Part shown: piece by piece, positions 19,342 through 28,933 of the stretch
Layout: every line of letters begins with the position of its first letter
How positions within the stretch are numbered: position 1 is the first letter of the stretch
Virus record (IMG/VR): IMGVR_UViG_3300020027_000010
Coordinates: 1-56,778 of that record
Source of the DNA: a virus
Taxonomy: Duplodnaviria > Caudoviricetes
DNA: 56,778 nucleotides
Reading direction: 5' to 3' (one strand)
Made by a program: the position numbers and the translations under genes
Notes under the pieces: generated by a model
Seen by the model: the letters and a program-made list of their open reading frames with translations, nothing else
Database searches by the model: none
What the model was told of the DNA's origin: nothing

Positions 19342-21885
19342 ATGGCAACCAGCAAGACTAAATATGGAACCAAAAGCCGCGGCACATATGCTGAGGTAGA
19401 TCCTTCTACAGCTGTGGCTGGACCTTACGTCCGGGCTGATGGTGATCTAAGGCAACAACTGATCATTACCGGCGAACTCAACGCTGAGCAATGTGGCGTC
19501 TACCCATCGAATACCGGAGCTGCAAATGTTGCTGCTTTGAATAGTGCACTTGCCAGAACAGATATACATGTCATCGTTTTCAATAATCCGAAAGGGGCAA
19601 GCTATCCAATTGCCGGAGCCACCGCGGTGACTGTTCCTTATGGGAAACAGTTAAAATTCAGGCCCGGGAACCTACTCTCCGGAACAGGTTCCATCGTGTT
19701 TGAAGAAAATCTCCCCGCTGCGGAACCATTTCCAATTTTCGCCAGCACCCTCTCTACCCGGATCAACACGGGTAGGATGACGCAAATAGTGATCTATCCG
19801 GAATGGTGGGGCGCTCGCTCATTGTGGCAACCTGAAAGATCAATGACGGTGGCAAGTCTGGCTGCCCTCAATAATATTGATAGTACTGTCGCCATTCAGA
19901 AGATGATTGATTCACTGTACACGTATTCATTCTTCGATACCCCTGGCCAGGTTGCAGCCAAGATCATTCTGTCCGGGATTTACGGAATTTCCGACCAAAT
20001 CAATCTCTACTTCTTTTACGGAACATTTAAGGGCGTTTCACAAATCGGAAGAAGCGGTTCAGGCTTCCGCTGGCTGGTAAATGCTACCTCCAATGATACC
20101 AAGGTGATGTTTAAGTGCCATGGTTGTGAGGGGCTCGAATGGAATACACTTTCCTTCTGGGGATACCGCGATGTTGAACCGGAAAAACAATTGAAGGCCA
20201 TTATACTACCAGTTCTTGATTCGGAAATTGATCCCGCGATGTCGCAACGCCGGCACCGTTTTATCAACGTAAACTTCGGTGATCCCACAGGGCATTTTAG
20301 CAACAGCAGCACCGAGGAGCAGGCTATCACTGCGCCCTATTTCGCAAAAGCGGCTATCAAAACTGAAGGTAATGCCGGTGAGAATGGTTACGTTAATGGC
20401 AACAACGATTTTTTCCAATTTCAAAATGTTCAATTCTACAATGTTCAACGAGGAATTTGGAACCGTCAAAGCCAGGCCGTTAACTGGAACCTCGAAAACT
20501 GCCAGGCCGGCGTCATAGAGTGGGTATTACAATTTGATTTCGGTGGAAACATCTACGTAAACAAATTCTTCATGGAAGGCTATGCTGTGGAGCAAGGTTT
20601 CCTAAATCTTCTGGGAAGCAGTAATGAATATTTCTTTGGTCAATTCGAGAAGGTTTCGATGGAAGATATCAAGGGAACTCATTTTGTAAACGCAGAGGCC
20701 TCCTTTGATCTTCGGTTCCGGGACTGCAGTATCTCCTTTGCGCGCAGCGTTGGTGATGTCAGGCCAATTTATCTGTGCCAGTACAGCGGCGGGGGATCCA
20801 TCAGCAACTTATGTTTTGATGGCGGATCCATTCATGACGTGCGCGGTTTTTTTGGAGCTGACGTGCAACCAGGTTCGGTGATGCAGATTTCTTTCGAAGA
20901 TGACACTGTAGGGGTTTTGAATACTTCCTTTGAGAACAAAACTGAAGGAACGGGGTTCAAGCACCTGGTTATCAACAGGCCGATTGGCAATTCCTTAATC
21001 AACATATCCCTGGATGCGTTTGAGAGGTATAATCTAAATTCCTTCGATGATTATGGAACCAATTATGGATTCAAAAAAATTAAGCGAATCGTTCATCATT
21101 ATGATACCATTTGGGACGATTACCCTTCCGATCAACTTCCCCTTCGTGATCTGATCAGGGATATCGGAGGCAAAGACGAGTACCAGCAAAATAATAAGGC
21201 CTTTGTTCTCGGAGAAGTCGGAAAAAGCCCTTCGGTGAAAACAAAAGTGGACTCTTTCGCTCACCTTACCGCTGAGAGTGCGCACGTCATTGAAATTTCA
21301 GACTTTTTTCCACCTTACCAAACTATCCTGGGTGTGGGACTGAGTCACCAGGAGCAGTTGTTTACACTTGCTGAGGACAGAGATAACAATTCCGCGCATA
21401 TCGGTATCGGTGACCAATATGACCGGTTTAGATGGGGGTTTAAACCCGTAGGTGCAAACCACTTTTACGACTTCACGCAGCGGGCTAAGGCACCGTCAAT
21501 GACTAGTGTCATCTATGATAAACCTGAGTCATTATTTCTGTCGGCTTTCTGCATGAGCCCGGATGATGCTACCCTTATTGATAATATTTTGATTCTTGTT
21601 AACCCCTGGTTTGTAGAAAGCGATGAAGGAAAGGTCTTCGAGTTTTTGGAGGGCGAACTGACTGGTCTGGAAATGACGGTCATCAATTTCATCGACTCTA
21701 CCCATGTTGAAGTGACGGCTTCTATGTTTTCAACTAGTTACCCAGCCGCAATTATTCAACAAATTGATTGGATCGACGATAAAGCCATCGTCCTGACACT
21801 GTATTCTCAGCAAGGCAACTATAACGAAGTGATTCCCGGGGGTAGATATGCCAATTGGTTTAATGAATTACCCATCATCACATGA
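19342..21885 (+). CDS. Tailspike-like beta-helix protein (putative depolymerase/receptor-binding protein)
   Basis: YPEWWGA...DSTVAIQKMID pectate_lyase_3-like entry motif followed by beta-helix-like repeats. Confidence 0.7.
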   Translation: MATSKTKYGTKSRGTYAEVDPSTAVAGPYVRADGDLRQQLIITGELNAEQCGVYPSNTGAANVAALNSALARTDIHVIVFNNPKGASYPIAGATAVTVPYGKQLKFRPGNLLSGTGSIVFEENLPAAEPFPIFASTLSTRINTGRMTQIVIYPEWWGARSLWQPERSMTVASLAALNNIDSTVAIQKMIDSLYTYSFFDTPGQVAAKIILSGIYGISDQINLYFFYGTFKGVSQIGRSGSGFRWLVNATSNDTKVMFKCHGCEGLEWNTLSFWGYRDVEPEKQLKAIILPVLDSEIDPAMSQRRHRFINVNFGDPTGHFSNSSTEEQAITAPYFAKAAIKTEGNAGENGYVNGNNDFFQFQNVQFYNVQRGIWNRQSQAVNWNLENCQAGVIEWVLQFDFGGNIYVNKFFMEGYAVEQGFLNLLGSSNEYFFGQFEKVSMEDIKGTHFVNAEASFDLRFRDCSISFARSVGDVRPIYLCQYSGGGSISNLCFDGGSIHDVRGFFGADVQPGSVMQISFEDDTVGVLNTSFENKTEGTGFKHLVINRPIGNSLINISLDAFERYNLNSFDDYGTNYGFKKIKRIVHHYDTIWDDYPSDQLPLRDLIRDIGGKDEYQQNNKAFVLGEVGKSPSVKTKVDSFAHLTAESAHVIEISDFFPPYQTILGVGLSHQEQLFTLAEDRDNNSAHIGIGDQYDRFRWGFKPVGANHFYDFTQRAKAPSMTSVIYDKPESLFLSAFCMSPDDATLIDNILILVNPWFVESDEGKVFEFLEGELTGLEMTVINFIDSTHVEVTASMFSTSYPAAIIQQIDWIDDKAIVLTLYSQQGNYNEVIPGGRYANWFNELPIIT

Positions 21886-24689
21886 GGCGCATCCTACCAA
21901 AAGATAATTTTGAAGTCTACCAGAGTCCTTTTGAACTCCGCAAGATCATTAATTATGAAAAACGGAAGACTTATGTTATCGGTAAGGGCAAATTCAAAGG
22001 AGCCTGGTACCATGATCCAACTGATACCACCAGTGACGACAACCTGGGATTGGTATTGGTCAATGCCGCTGACGAAAGGCTTAGGAGAATTGTTACTGAT
22101 TCAGTAAACAACCAGTGGTTTGGCGGAGCGGAAGTTTTCTTTTCAAGCGCGGCGGCGGCCAACGCAGCCATTCCGGAAGATTTCAGATTCCAAGGACTCT
22201 CGCTATTAGCGGATGATGGTTCAAGTGTAACTGAGTATTGGTATCGGGATGGAATTGAGGACGAAGATCTTGTAGTTAAGTCTTCCGGCGAAGGCGGATC
22301 TTCCACATTCGAAGGATTGACTGACCGACCACCGTCTGAAGCGAATCAATATTTCAGAAGAAATGGCACTAATGACGGAACCGTCTTCACGTATCTGGAG
22401 TATGGCCGTCAGGTTGTCTCCACCGCTGCCGATACGGTATTGGCGGGTGTTGAAGTGGTGATCTGCAATTACAACACCGCCCCTGTAGCGTTGACCATGC
22501 GACCTGTTGCCGAATGGGAAAACAGGAAACTTACCATCATCAATATTGCAGCAGATGAATCCATCGGGTTAATCGAAGCTGACGAGATATTTCCGGGTCA
22601 TTCAGGTACTGTGCCGCCAATGACGGCATATACTTTTTTCAGTGATGGCACATATGCATACCTGGAATCCACCAGTGCTGTGGGGGATGGGGAAGGACCG
22701 GCAGCTGATGGTTCTGAGACCAAAATAGACGTTGTTGAGGACTCAGGACTTCTCATTGACGGCAGTGGTACAATCGGCGATCCTTACATCCTGGATCTCG
22801 ATTTTGATCCTTCGGATGTAACTCAAACCCACTATGCTGCAGGAGTCAACGTCAATTTCAGTGACGCAGATGGTACCGCCCTGGATCCGATCGTTGTTTC
22901 AGCAGTCCTTGGAGGATCCGGTAACATACTCAAAGGCTTAAATATTGAGGCCTATGGCGGTGTTGCCAATTATTCAAGTGTCGGCACGGTCATGGGTGGC
23001 ACAAACAATAGTCCAGCACTCACTGCAATGATCGCTGCGGCTGCAGATGGACAGTTGATCGTGATCCCGCATGGACGGTGGTATTTTGCATCTACTGTAA
23101 TCATTCCGGCATCAAAAAGGGTCAATTTGTTAGTGCTTGGCGATGTCTTTTGCTTAAACGGCTTTTTACAATGGGCACCACTGAGCATCATAGGGCACGA
23201 GGTTAGAATTAAAGGAGCGGGATACGGCAAGCTCGGCCTCACGGGCTTCACTAAGGCTGATTTTGACAATGGCACGGGTATGAATGCCACGAGCGGCACC
23301 GGTGTTAAATGGTCTAGCCTTACCAGCAATTTCATCGAGTTCAACGACACTCATCATTCGCTGGTCCAGATGGGTTATGTCGCAGGCTTCAATGCTGCAT
23401 TTTGCCACAACGCAGGCGGCACAGCAAACCATGGAGGTCAGGAAAATACAATTCAGTTCAACTACCTGCGCGAAAACACTTATGGCATCTTGCTGAAGTC
23501 ACTAGATGGCGGAAGCTATTGCGATAAACACACTTTCTCTGGAATAGATGGCGGCATCGGTCGTGTCGGTGGCCATTACGCTATCTATATTGATGGCTAT
23601 ACGACCGAAACCGGCGCATTCACAGCCAACACCTGGGATAATGTATTAATCGAGTTGGCTGATTATGGCATTAAGGCCAGGGGAAGGTTTCAATACAACG
23701 ACTTCACCAACTTCAAGTTTGAGGGTGGGCCGAATACTGGCGTCTTCAGTAATGAATTTGTGGACTTTGGCACAGGCTTGTCAACGGTTCCCGGCGGTGC
23801 ACCCCCTTTAGGCAACAAGTTTACAAATGTTGAATATTTTTACCTGAAGTGGATGACAAAAATGGGCTTGGGCACGATGTTCACCAATACGCCTATTTTC
23901 CACAGATTTGGACCCAGCAGCGTTGCATACATGGGCTGTGGCGCCTTGCAAGGTCGCACACCCGGACGTATCACCGTAATCAGCGGTCTGGATATACCCT
24001 CCCACTACTATGTCGAGTGGCCAGCAAATGTTGATTTTATCAACTATACGAAAAATGGCATTCTCACTCGTTGGGATGGTGTGAATCTACTGACACCCTG
24101 GGGAGGCACGGTAGGATCTTCGCAGTGGAGCAATGTAGTTGGTGGTATCGAGTATCTGAACAAGGTGAAAGTCGGCGGTAATGCCGGTGTTCCTTCTGCT
24201 TACTTGCATCTGTTTCACAAAAACACAGCAGGGACTGCAAACTCTGGCCAGCTCAAGCTACAGGAAGGACCGATACTTAGCAACCCTGAAAACGGGTTGA
24301 TAGAAAATGATGGCTGGGAATTCTTTGCTACGACACAAAACACGAGAAAGAAACTTGTACTGGTTCCGGTAACAGGCAGTGCTGGTCAGGCAATTGTTCG
24401 AAACCCAATAAATAACGGATATGAGCACGCGACGATTCCAACCCTAGCAGCCAAAAACTATACTGCCAGCGCCCAAATTGATCCGGGTTATAATTATCAC
24501 GTTGCAACTCAAACCGCTGATGACCAAATAAATTTTTCGCTGCCAACCGCTGCCAGTGTAGGGCCAAGGATTTTTTTCGTCGTATCGGCTAATGCCTTTT
24601 TCTTTCGAGTTCAGGGTTCTTTTGTACCCGGCACTCAGCTTGTTATGCTCGTGTCAAATGGAACTACATGGTCAATTAAAAACGTGTAA
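21882..24689 (+). CDS. Mosaic tailspike/tail fibre with beta-helix domain
   Basis: DPTDTTSDDNLG...QWFG head, NIEAYGG...NSPALTAMI...IVIPHGRWY beta-helix entry, fibre-like C-terminus. Confidence 0.72.
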   Translation: MRRILPKDNFEVYQSPFELRKIINYEKRKTYVIGKGKFKGAWYHDPTDTTSDDNLGLVLVNAADERLRRIVTDSVNNQWFGGAEVFFSSAAAANAAIPEDFRFQGLSLLADDGSSVTEYWYRDGIEDEDLVVKSSGEGGSSTFEGLTDRPPSEANQYFRRNGTNDGTVFTYLEYGRQVVSTAADTVLAGVEVVICNYNTAPVALTMRPVAEWENRKLTIINIAADESIGLIEADEIFPGHSGTVPPMTAYTFFSDGTYAYLESTSAVGDGEGPAADGSETKIDVVEDSGLLIDGSGTIGDPYILDLDFDPSDVTQTHYAAGVNVNFSDADGTALDPIVVSAVLGGSGNILKGLNIEAYGGVANYSSVGTVMGGTNNSPALTAMIAAAADGQLIVIPHGRWYFASTVIIPASKRVNLLVLGDVFCLNGFLQWAPLSIIGHEVRIKGAGYGKLGLTGFTKADFDNGTGMNATSGTGVKWSSLTSNFIEFNDTHHSLVQMGYVAGFNAAFCHNAGGTANHGGQENTIQFNYLRENTYGILLKSLDGGSYCDKHTFSGIDGGIGRVGGHYAIYIDGYTTETGAFTANTWDNVLIELADYGIKARGRFQYNDFTNFKFEGGPNTGVFSNEFVDFGTGLSTVPGGAPPLGNKFTNVEYFYLKWMTKMGLGTMFTNTPIFHRFGPSSVAYMGCGALQGRTPGRITVISGLDIPSHYYVEWPANVDFINYTKNGILTRWDGVNLLTPWGGTVGSSQWSNVVGGIEYLNKVKVGGNAGVPSAYLHLFHKNTAGTANSGQLKLQEGPILSNPENGLIENDGWEFFATTQNTRKKLVLVPVTGSAGQAIVRNPINNGYEHATIPTLAAKNYTASAQIDPGYNYHVATQTADDQINFSLPTAASVGPRIFFVVSANAFFFRVQGSFVPGTQLVMLVSNGTTWSIKNV

Positions 24690-25526
24690 ATGAGCTATAC
24701 CAAATTTGTCGTCAATTCTGGCACCGGCTATAGCACAGCCAATAACATACCTATAGCCATAGGGCTGCATATCCCAACTCCGAATCCAAGCGGCACAAAA
24801 CCTGCGCTATGGATATGGCTACACGGAATTGGCGAGCGTGGAGCCAGGGGGAATCTGGGCGCGGGAGGAATAGACATTGTCCCGAATTACGGTACTCCAA
24901 AATTGATCAGAGCCGCTGGAGCGGAGATTCCGGCATATTTCCCGCCGCAAGGGATCGCAACTATAAAACACGCAGTCATGTTTGCGCAGTGCTCCTCAGA
25001 GTATGGCACCTGGCCGATGGCCTACCCGGACACTTGCATCAACTATGCGTATGCAAATCTGGCAAACCAGGTTGATCTTAACAGGATTTACCTTATCGGA
25101 CATTCTCTGGGTGGCGGCGGTGTTCTTCAGGCATACGGCTTTCAGTCAATACATACTCGTGTGGCAGCCTTTTTTGCGATTGCTCCCGGCTACATCGCTG
25201 CAACAAATTATTTGCAAATGGCTCAGTGGGGAGCACCTCTCTATGTGTATCATCACATTGCTGATGCGCTCGCGCCTATCTCTGTCGCTGACACCTTCAT
25301 TCGCAATCTGAATGCGCAGCGGCCGGCGACGCCATCGCAGTATTACAGATTCAACGCAAACACAGGTTCCCTTGATGCTCACTCCTGGGTTCGGGAGGCA
25401 GTATCAATCGATCTTACCGAAAACAGAAACATTTCTCAGACCAACGGAGATCAATGGTTCACCTACCCCAACATTTACAAAGCAGGGCTTATATACTCAC
25501 TTCCACGATTGCAAAGAGTAGCGTAA
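24690..25526 (+). CDS. Alpha/beta hydrolase (esterase/predicted peptidase)
   Basis: WLHGIGERG, VDLNRIYLIGHSLGG nucleophile elbow, candidate Asp (IAD) and His (DAHSW). Confidence 0.85.
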   Translation: MSYTKFVVNSGTGYSTANNIPIAIGLHIPTPNPSGTKPALWIWLHGIGERGARGNLGAGGIDIVPNYGTPKLIRAAGAEIPAYFPPQGIATIKHAVMFAQCSSEYGTWPMAYPDTCINYAYANLANQVDLNRIYLIGHSLGGGGVLQAYGFQSIHTRVAAFFAIAPGYIAATNYLQMAQWGAPLYVYHHIADALAPISVADTFIRNLNAQRPATPSQYYRFNANTGSLDAHSWVREAVSIDLTENRNISQTNGDQWFTYPNIYKAGLIYSLPRLQRVA

Positions 25527-25529
25527 GAC

Positions 25530-26042
25530 ATGGAACAACAAATGAAAAAAAAACGCAGAATCCTGATTCTTGAAGATGATGGGGAAGATCGTGAACTGAT
25601 GAAAATAGCCTTGGAAAAAGCTGAGTATAAAGACATGGAAGACTTCTGTTTTTATGCCGAAAGCAAGGCCCTACTCGAAGCCATTGACGAGAATTCCGAA
25701 ACATTAGTTTTAGATAACATGCTTTCTGAAGGTGGTAAAACGGGCCTCGATGTGCTTAAAGAAATAAAAAGTACCCATCCGTTCAGGTTGTTCTATCCGA
25801 TTATTATAAGCGGTCATATCACAGCAACAGAGAGCATCCAGTACCAAAAGAATGGAGCGAAAGATATTATTGAAAAAGACCGCGAAGGCACGTACCTGGA
25901 ATTAATAGAGTCGATTAAAGAAGGAGAAACTTATATCCGAAGTGAAAAAGAGAAAGCTCAGATAATCCAAAACCTTGAAGATTGGGCCAACGACCTACCG
26001 GATAGGATTAAAATACTCAAGAATGACAAACGAGCAGATTGA
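25530..26042 (+). CDS. Stand-alone response-regulator receiver (REC) domain protein
   Basis: ILILEDD acidic pocket, LVLD phospho-acceptor, GLDVLKEI, IISG, GAKDIIEK conserved Lys. Confidence 0.85.
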   Translation: MEQQMKKKRRILILEDDGEDRELMKIALEKAEYKDMEDFCFYAESKALLEAIDENSETLVLDNMLSEGGKTGLDVLKEIKSTHPFRLFYPIIISGHITATESIQYQKNGAKDIIEKDREGTYLELIESIKEGETYIRSEKEKAQIIQNLEDWANDLPDRIKILKNDKRAD

Positions 26043-26370
26043 AGGGCTGTGGCGGCTTGGTCTTATGGTTCTTCCTCCCGTGGCGGCCTCTACGATCTGG
26101 TTAGTTACTCGCACCGTTTCGAGCCGGGACAAAGAGATTGCTAAAACTGTCGCCCAAAAAGATATTGAGGTGGCAAAGATTCAGGAGACGTCCACAGGAG
26201 CGAAGGTTGTCAAGGAACTAGTCACCCAGTATCAGGAGTTGACTAAAAGTGGTGATGACCTGGATAAAAAGATCGAGGAGGTGCAGAAAGAGTTCAGAAA
26301 TCAAATATCAGGATTGGCTCAGGAGATCAGGAATTACACATTAAATATTATTCAGGTACTTAAAAAGTGA
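26023..26370 (+). CDS. Membrane-anchored coiled-coil protein (holin/antiholin-like)
   Basis: One N-terminal TM segment plus coiled coil; first gene of the lysis cluster. Confidence 0.5.
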   Translation: MTNEQIEGLWRLGLMVLPPVAASTIWLVTRTVSSRDKEIAKTVAQKDIEVAKIQETSTGAKVVKELVTQYQELTKSGDDLDKKIEEVQKEFRNQISGLAQEIRNYTLNIIQVLKK

Positions 26371-26376
26371 CACATC

Positions 26377-26631
26377 ATGAATTTCTTTGACACCATTTTC
26401 AAGTACACCCGTGGGATCCTGGCTTTCATCATCGTGATTTTGACTTTTGCTTTTCTCTTTGCGCTGTTGGCCGTTAATATCCCCGAAAACAATAAGGATA
26501 TCCTCAACATCAGCGTGGGCTTCGTGCTCGGGGTGATCGGCACTGTAGCATCCTACTACTTCGGGACCTCCAAGGATAAGAGCGATAGTGATCAAAGCAA
26601 GATTTTCCCCAAAGAGCCACCTAACCCATGA
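26377..26631 (+). CDS. Putative holin
   Basis: 84 aa, two TM segments, YYFGTS motif, charged C-terminus. Confidence 0.65.
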   Translation: MNFFDTIFKYTRGILAFIIVILTFAFLFALLAVNIPENNKDILNISVGFVLGVIGTVASYYFGTSKDKSDSDQSKIFPKEPPNP

Positions 26632-26981
26632 TCAATATCAACAATATCAATTGGAAGGGCTGGCTGCCATGGATGCTGCTGGCTGTAGCGGTCACTGCGA
26701 TTCTGCTCTTTGTTTTTCGCAAAGTCCCGCTACCTGGTGAAGATCCCGCTTATGAATACCTGCAGCATCAAAATGACAGCCTGTTAAACAAAAACTCGGA
26801 AATCCAGCATGCCTTTGAAGCGAGGAAAAAAACCGTGGACAGCCTGGAATATGTCGTAGACACCATTGACCGAAGAATAAAAATTGTCAAAGAAACTTAT
26901 GAAAAGAAGATACCTGTTTTTGATTCTTATACTCCTGAGCAGCTGGAGCGCTACCTCACAGAGCGATATGCTAAACCCTGA
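26628..26981 (+). CDS. Putative i-spanin-like protein
   Basis: N-terminal TM segment plus periplasmic coiled coil within the lysis cassette. Confidence 0.5.
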   Translation: MININNINWKGWLPWMLLAVAVTAILLFVFRKVPLPGEDPAYEYLQHQNDSLLNKNSEIQHAFEARKKTVDSLEYVVDTIDRRIKIVKETYEKKIPVFDSYTPEQLERYLTERYAKP

Positions 26982-27309
26982 GGTCAGGATTTCTCGCAGT
27001 GTGGCCATTGCCACGGTGAAGGATCTGGAACGCTATGACGGCCTCAAAATCGAGTATGACCTGCTGAGCAGGAAAGTAAATGAGATGGTCAAGATCATCC
27101 AGCAAAAGGATGATCAGATTCGTGAGGATCAGGACGTGATCGGCCGGCTGAACCTGGTCGTTAATAATCACGGCGCCATGCAGAAGATGCAGGAAACAAA
27201 GTTTCAGAATCTGCAGAAACAATACACCCGATCGGTGAGAGCAGGCAGGTTCAAAATAGTGCTCCTGGCTGGAGTTGCTGCCTTTGGAATCTATCAAACT
27301 TTTAAATAA
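26899..27309 (+). CDS. Putative spanin-like partner protein
   Basis: Signal peptide MKRRYLFLILILLSSWSATSQ, coiled coil, C-terminal hydrophobic segment; overlaps the upstream gene by 83 nt. Confidence 0.5.
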   Translation: MKRRYLFLILILLSSWSATSQSDMLNPEVRISRSVAIATVKDLERYDGLKIEYDLLSRKVNEMVKIIQQKDDQIREDQDVIGRLNLVVNNHGAMQKMQETKFQNLQKQYTRSVRAGRFKIVLLAGVAAFGIYQTFK

Positions 27310-27758
27310 TGAGAACGATAAACCACATCATCCTTCACTGCACGGCCACACCACAGAGCACCACGATTCCCTCTATCCAGCGATACTGGAGAGAGGAACT
27401 CCACTGGAAGAATCCAGGTTATCACTTCATCATCAAGATCACCGGAGAGGCAGTGAACCTGCTGCCGATCGAGCAGGTATCAAACGGCGTTGCTGGCCAT
27501 AACCACGACAGTATCAACATCAGCTACATCGGAGGAATTGCACCTACAGGGAACCCATTGGACAATAGGACAACCCAGCAGGTCAACACCCAGATCGAGT
27601 TGGTCACGAAGTTCAAGAAAATGTTTCCCAACGCTGATGTGGTTGGCCACAGGGATTTCCTGACACCTGGTAAGCCAGGATGGAAATATTGCCCATCATT
27701 CGATGTGCGCAGCTGGTGGGAAAAAGTAAAATCATTTAATCAAAACAAAATAGGTTAA
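27309..27758 (+). CDS. Endolysin, N-acetylmuramoyl-L-alanine amidase (Amidase_2, T7-lysozyme-like)
   Basis: IILHCTAT, GYHFII, SINISYIGG, GHRDF, KYCPSFDV. Confidence 0.93.
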   Translation: MRTINHIILHCTATPQSTTIPSIQRYWREELHWKNPGYHFIIKITGEAVNLLPIEQVSNGVAGHNHDSINISYIGGIAPTGNPLDNRTTQQVNTQIELVTKFKKMFPNADVVGHRDFLTPGKPGWKYCPSFDVRSWWEKVKSFNQNKIG

Positions 27759-27760
27759 TC

Positions 27761-28816
27761 ATGAAAATAACGCTCAACGCCGAATCGATAACCATGCCTG
27801 CCTACCTGCGCGTGGTTCCCAACACATTTGACGAAAAGAAAAAATATCCCGTCTTGATTTTTCTGCATGGGATTGGTGAAAGCGGTGACGAAACCCTTGG
27901 ATTTGACGGACTCGGTAAGCTGGCAAAAAGGATGACCGAAAGCTGGATGTTTAAAGGGCTTACCGACAAGGTGGATCAAAAAAACTTTATCGCCTATTTC
28001 CCGCAGGCCGACAATTCTCCTCAGAGTATCTGGCAGAACAACGAATACGGGAGACTGCGGGACTTCGTAGAAAAAGAGCCATTTGTTGACACGGATCAGA
28101 TAGCGGTTGGAGGATTGTCGATGGGCGCCATTGGCACGCTGTCTATTCTGTATTCAGGTAATGATAACGCGATCCTGCGCAACTCCTGCTACCTTATTAT
28201 CTGTGGCGGGTACCGAACCGACGATGCAAGCAACATCAAGCTTGCAGAGGTAATCAACAGGCTTAACCTTCCAGTGTGGGCATGGTCTGGCGGCAAGGAT
28301 ACAGCAAGCCCAGGAAACCCTGTGGATGATTTCGTTTTGAACGGCAAGACTTACAAAGGCGTTGTTCGCAAAATATGGAGCCGAATCACTGCCCCCAACG
28401 CCAAGCTGTCCTTGTGGATGGACAAAGGCCACGACATCTGGGATGATGTGTTTGTCGGCGCGAAGCCGACAGAGGGCTTTACAGAGAGCGTAGAGGATTG
28501 GTCCGACTGGATGCTCAGACAAAGGAAAGGTAAGCCACAAGGTTTTAAAACAGTTGTTGATGCTCCTCCAGTCATCGAGCAGAAGCCGCCGGTAAAACCA
28601 CCCATCACCATCGTCTGGCCCGAGAGGATCCAGGTCGCCATGGCAAACCAGGGGCCGATAATTTACGGGCTTATGTGGAGCGATGGCTCAGCGGTTGAAC
28701 AAGTTGTAAAGGACAAGGTGAACACCTTCATCGACCTGGTGAATGAGAATGGCAAGGTGCGCGGATCCATATCCCATAAGGGTGGTGGAACGCAGGTGCT
28801 GGGACCGTATAAATAA
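27761..28816 (+). CDS. Alpha/beta hydrolase (esterase/phospholipase-like) with Pro-rich linker and C-terminal domain
   Basis: KYPVLIFLHGIGESG, GGLSMGA, PVWAWSGGKD, GHDIW. Confidence 0.85.
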   Translation: MKITLNAESITMPAYLRVVPNTFDEKKKYPVLIFLHGIGESGDETLGFDGLGKLAKRMTESWMFKGLTDKVDQKNFIAYFPQADNSPQSIWQNNEYGRLRDFVEKEPFVDTDQIAVGGLSMGAIGTLSILYSGNDNAILRNSCYLIICGGYRTDDASNIKLAEVINRLNLPVWAWSGGKDTASPGNPVDDFVLNGKTYKGVVRKIWSRITAPNAKLSLWMDKGHDIWDDVFVGAKPTEGFTESVEDWSDWMLRQRKGKPQGFKTVVDAPPVIEQKPPVKPPITIVWPERIQVAMANQGPIIYGLMWSDGSAVEQVVKDKVNTFIDLVNENGKVRGSISHKGGGTQVLGPYK

Positions 28817-28841
28817 GCCCGGGCATTTATCCATCCCGGGC
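28817..28841. terminator. GC-rich hairpin at the end of the late operon
   Basis: GCCCGGG-N11-CCCGGGC directly after the stop codon, between convergent genes; no U-tract. Confidence 0.4.
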
Positions 28842-28933
28842 CACTGTTGCCAGCTGTAACGTTACTGAATTGAAGTTCAGTTGTGCGGTAATACAGGCCA
28901 TGAGGAAATAACCACCCATTCACCGTTTTATCC

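Noticed and set aside
19336-19344. Read-through joining ORFs 19138 and 19342 (same frame, TAA ACT ATG)
   Set aside because: TAA is rarely read through, and tight spacing is normal in this genome.
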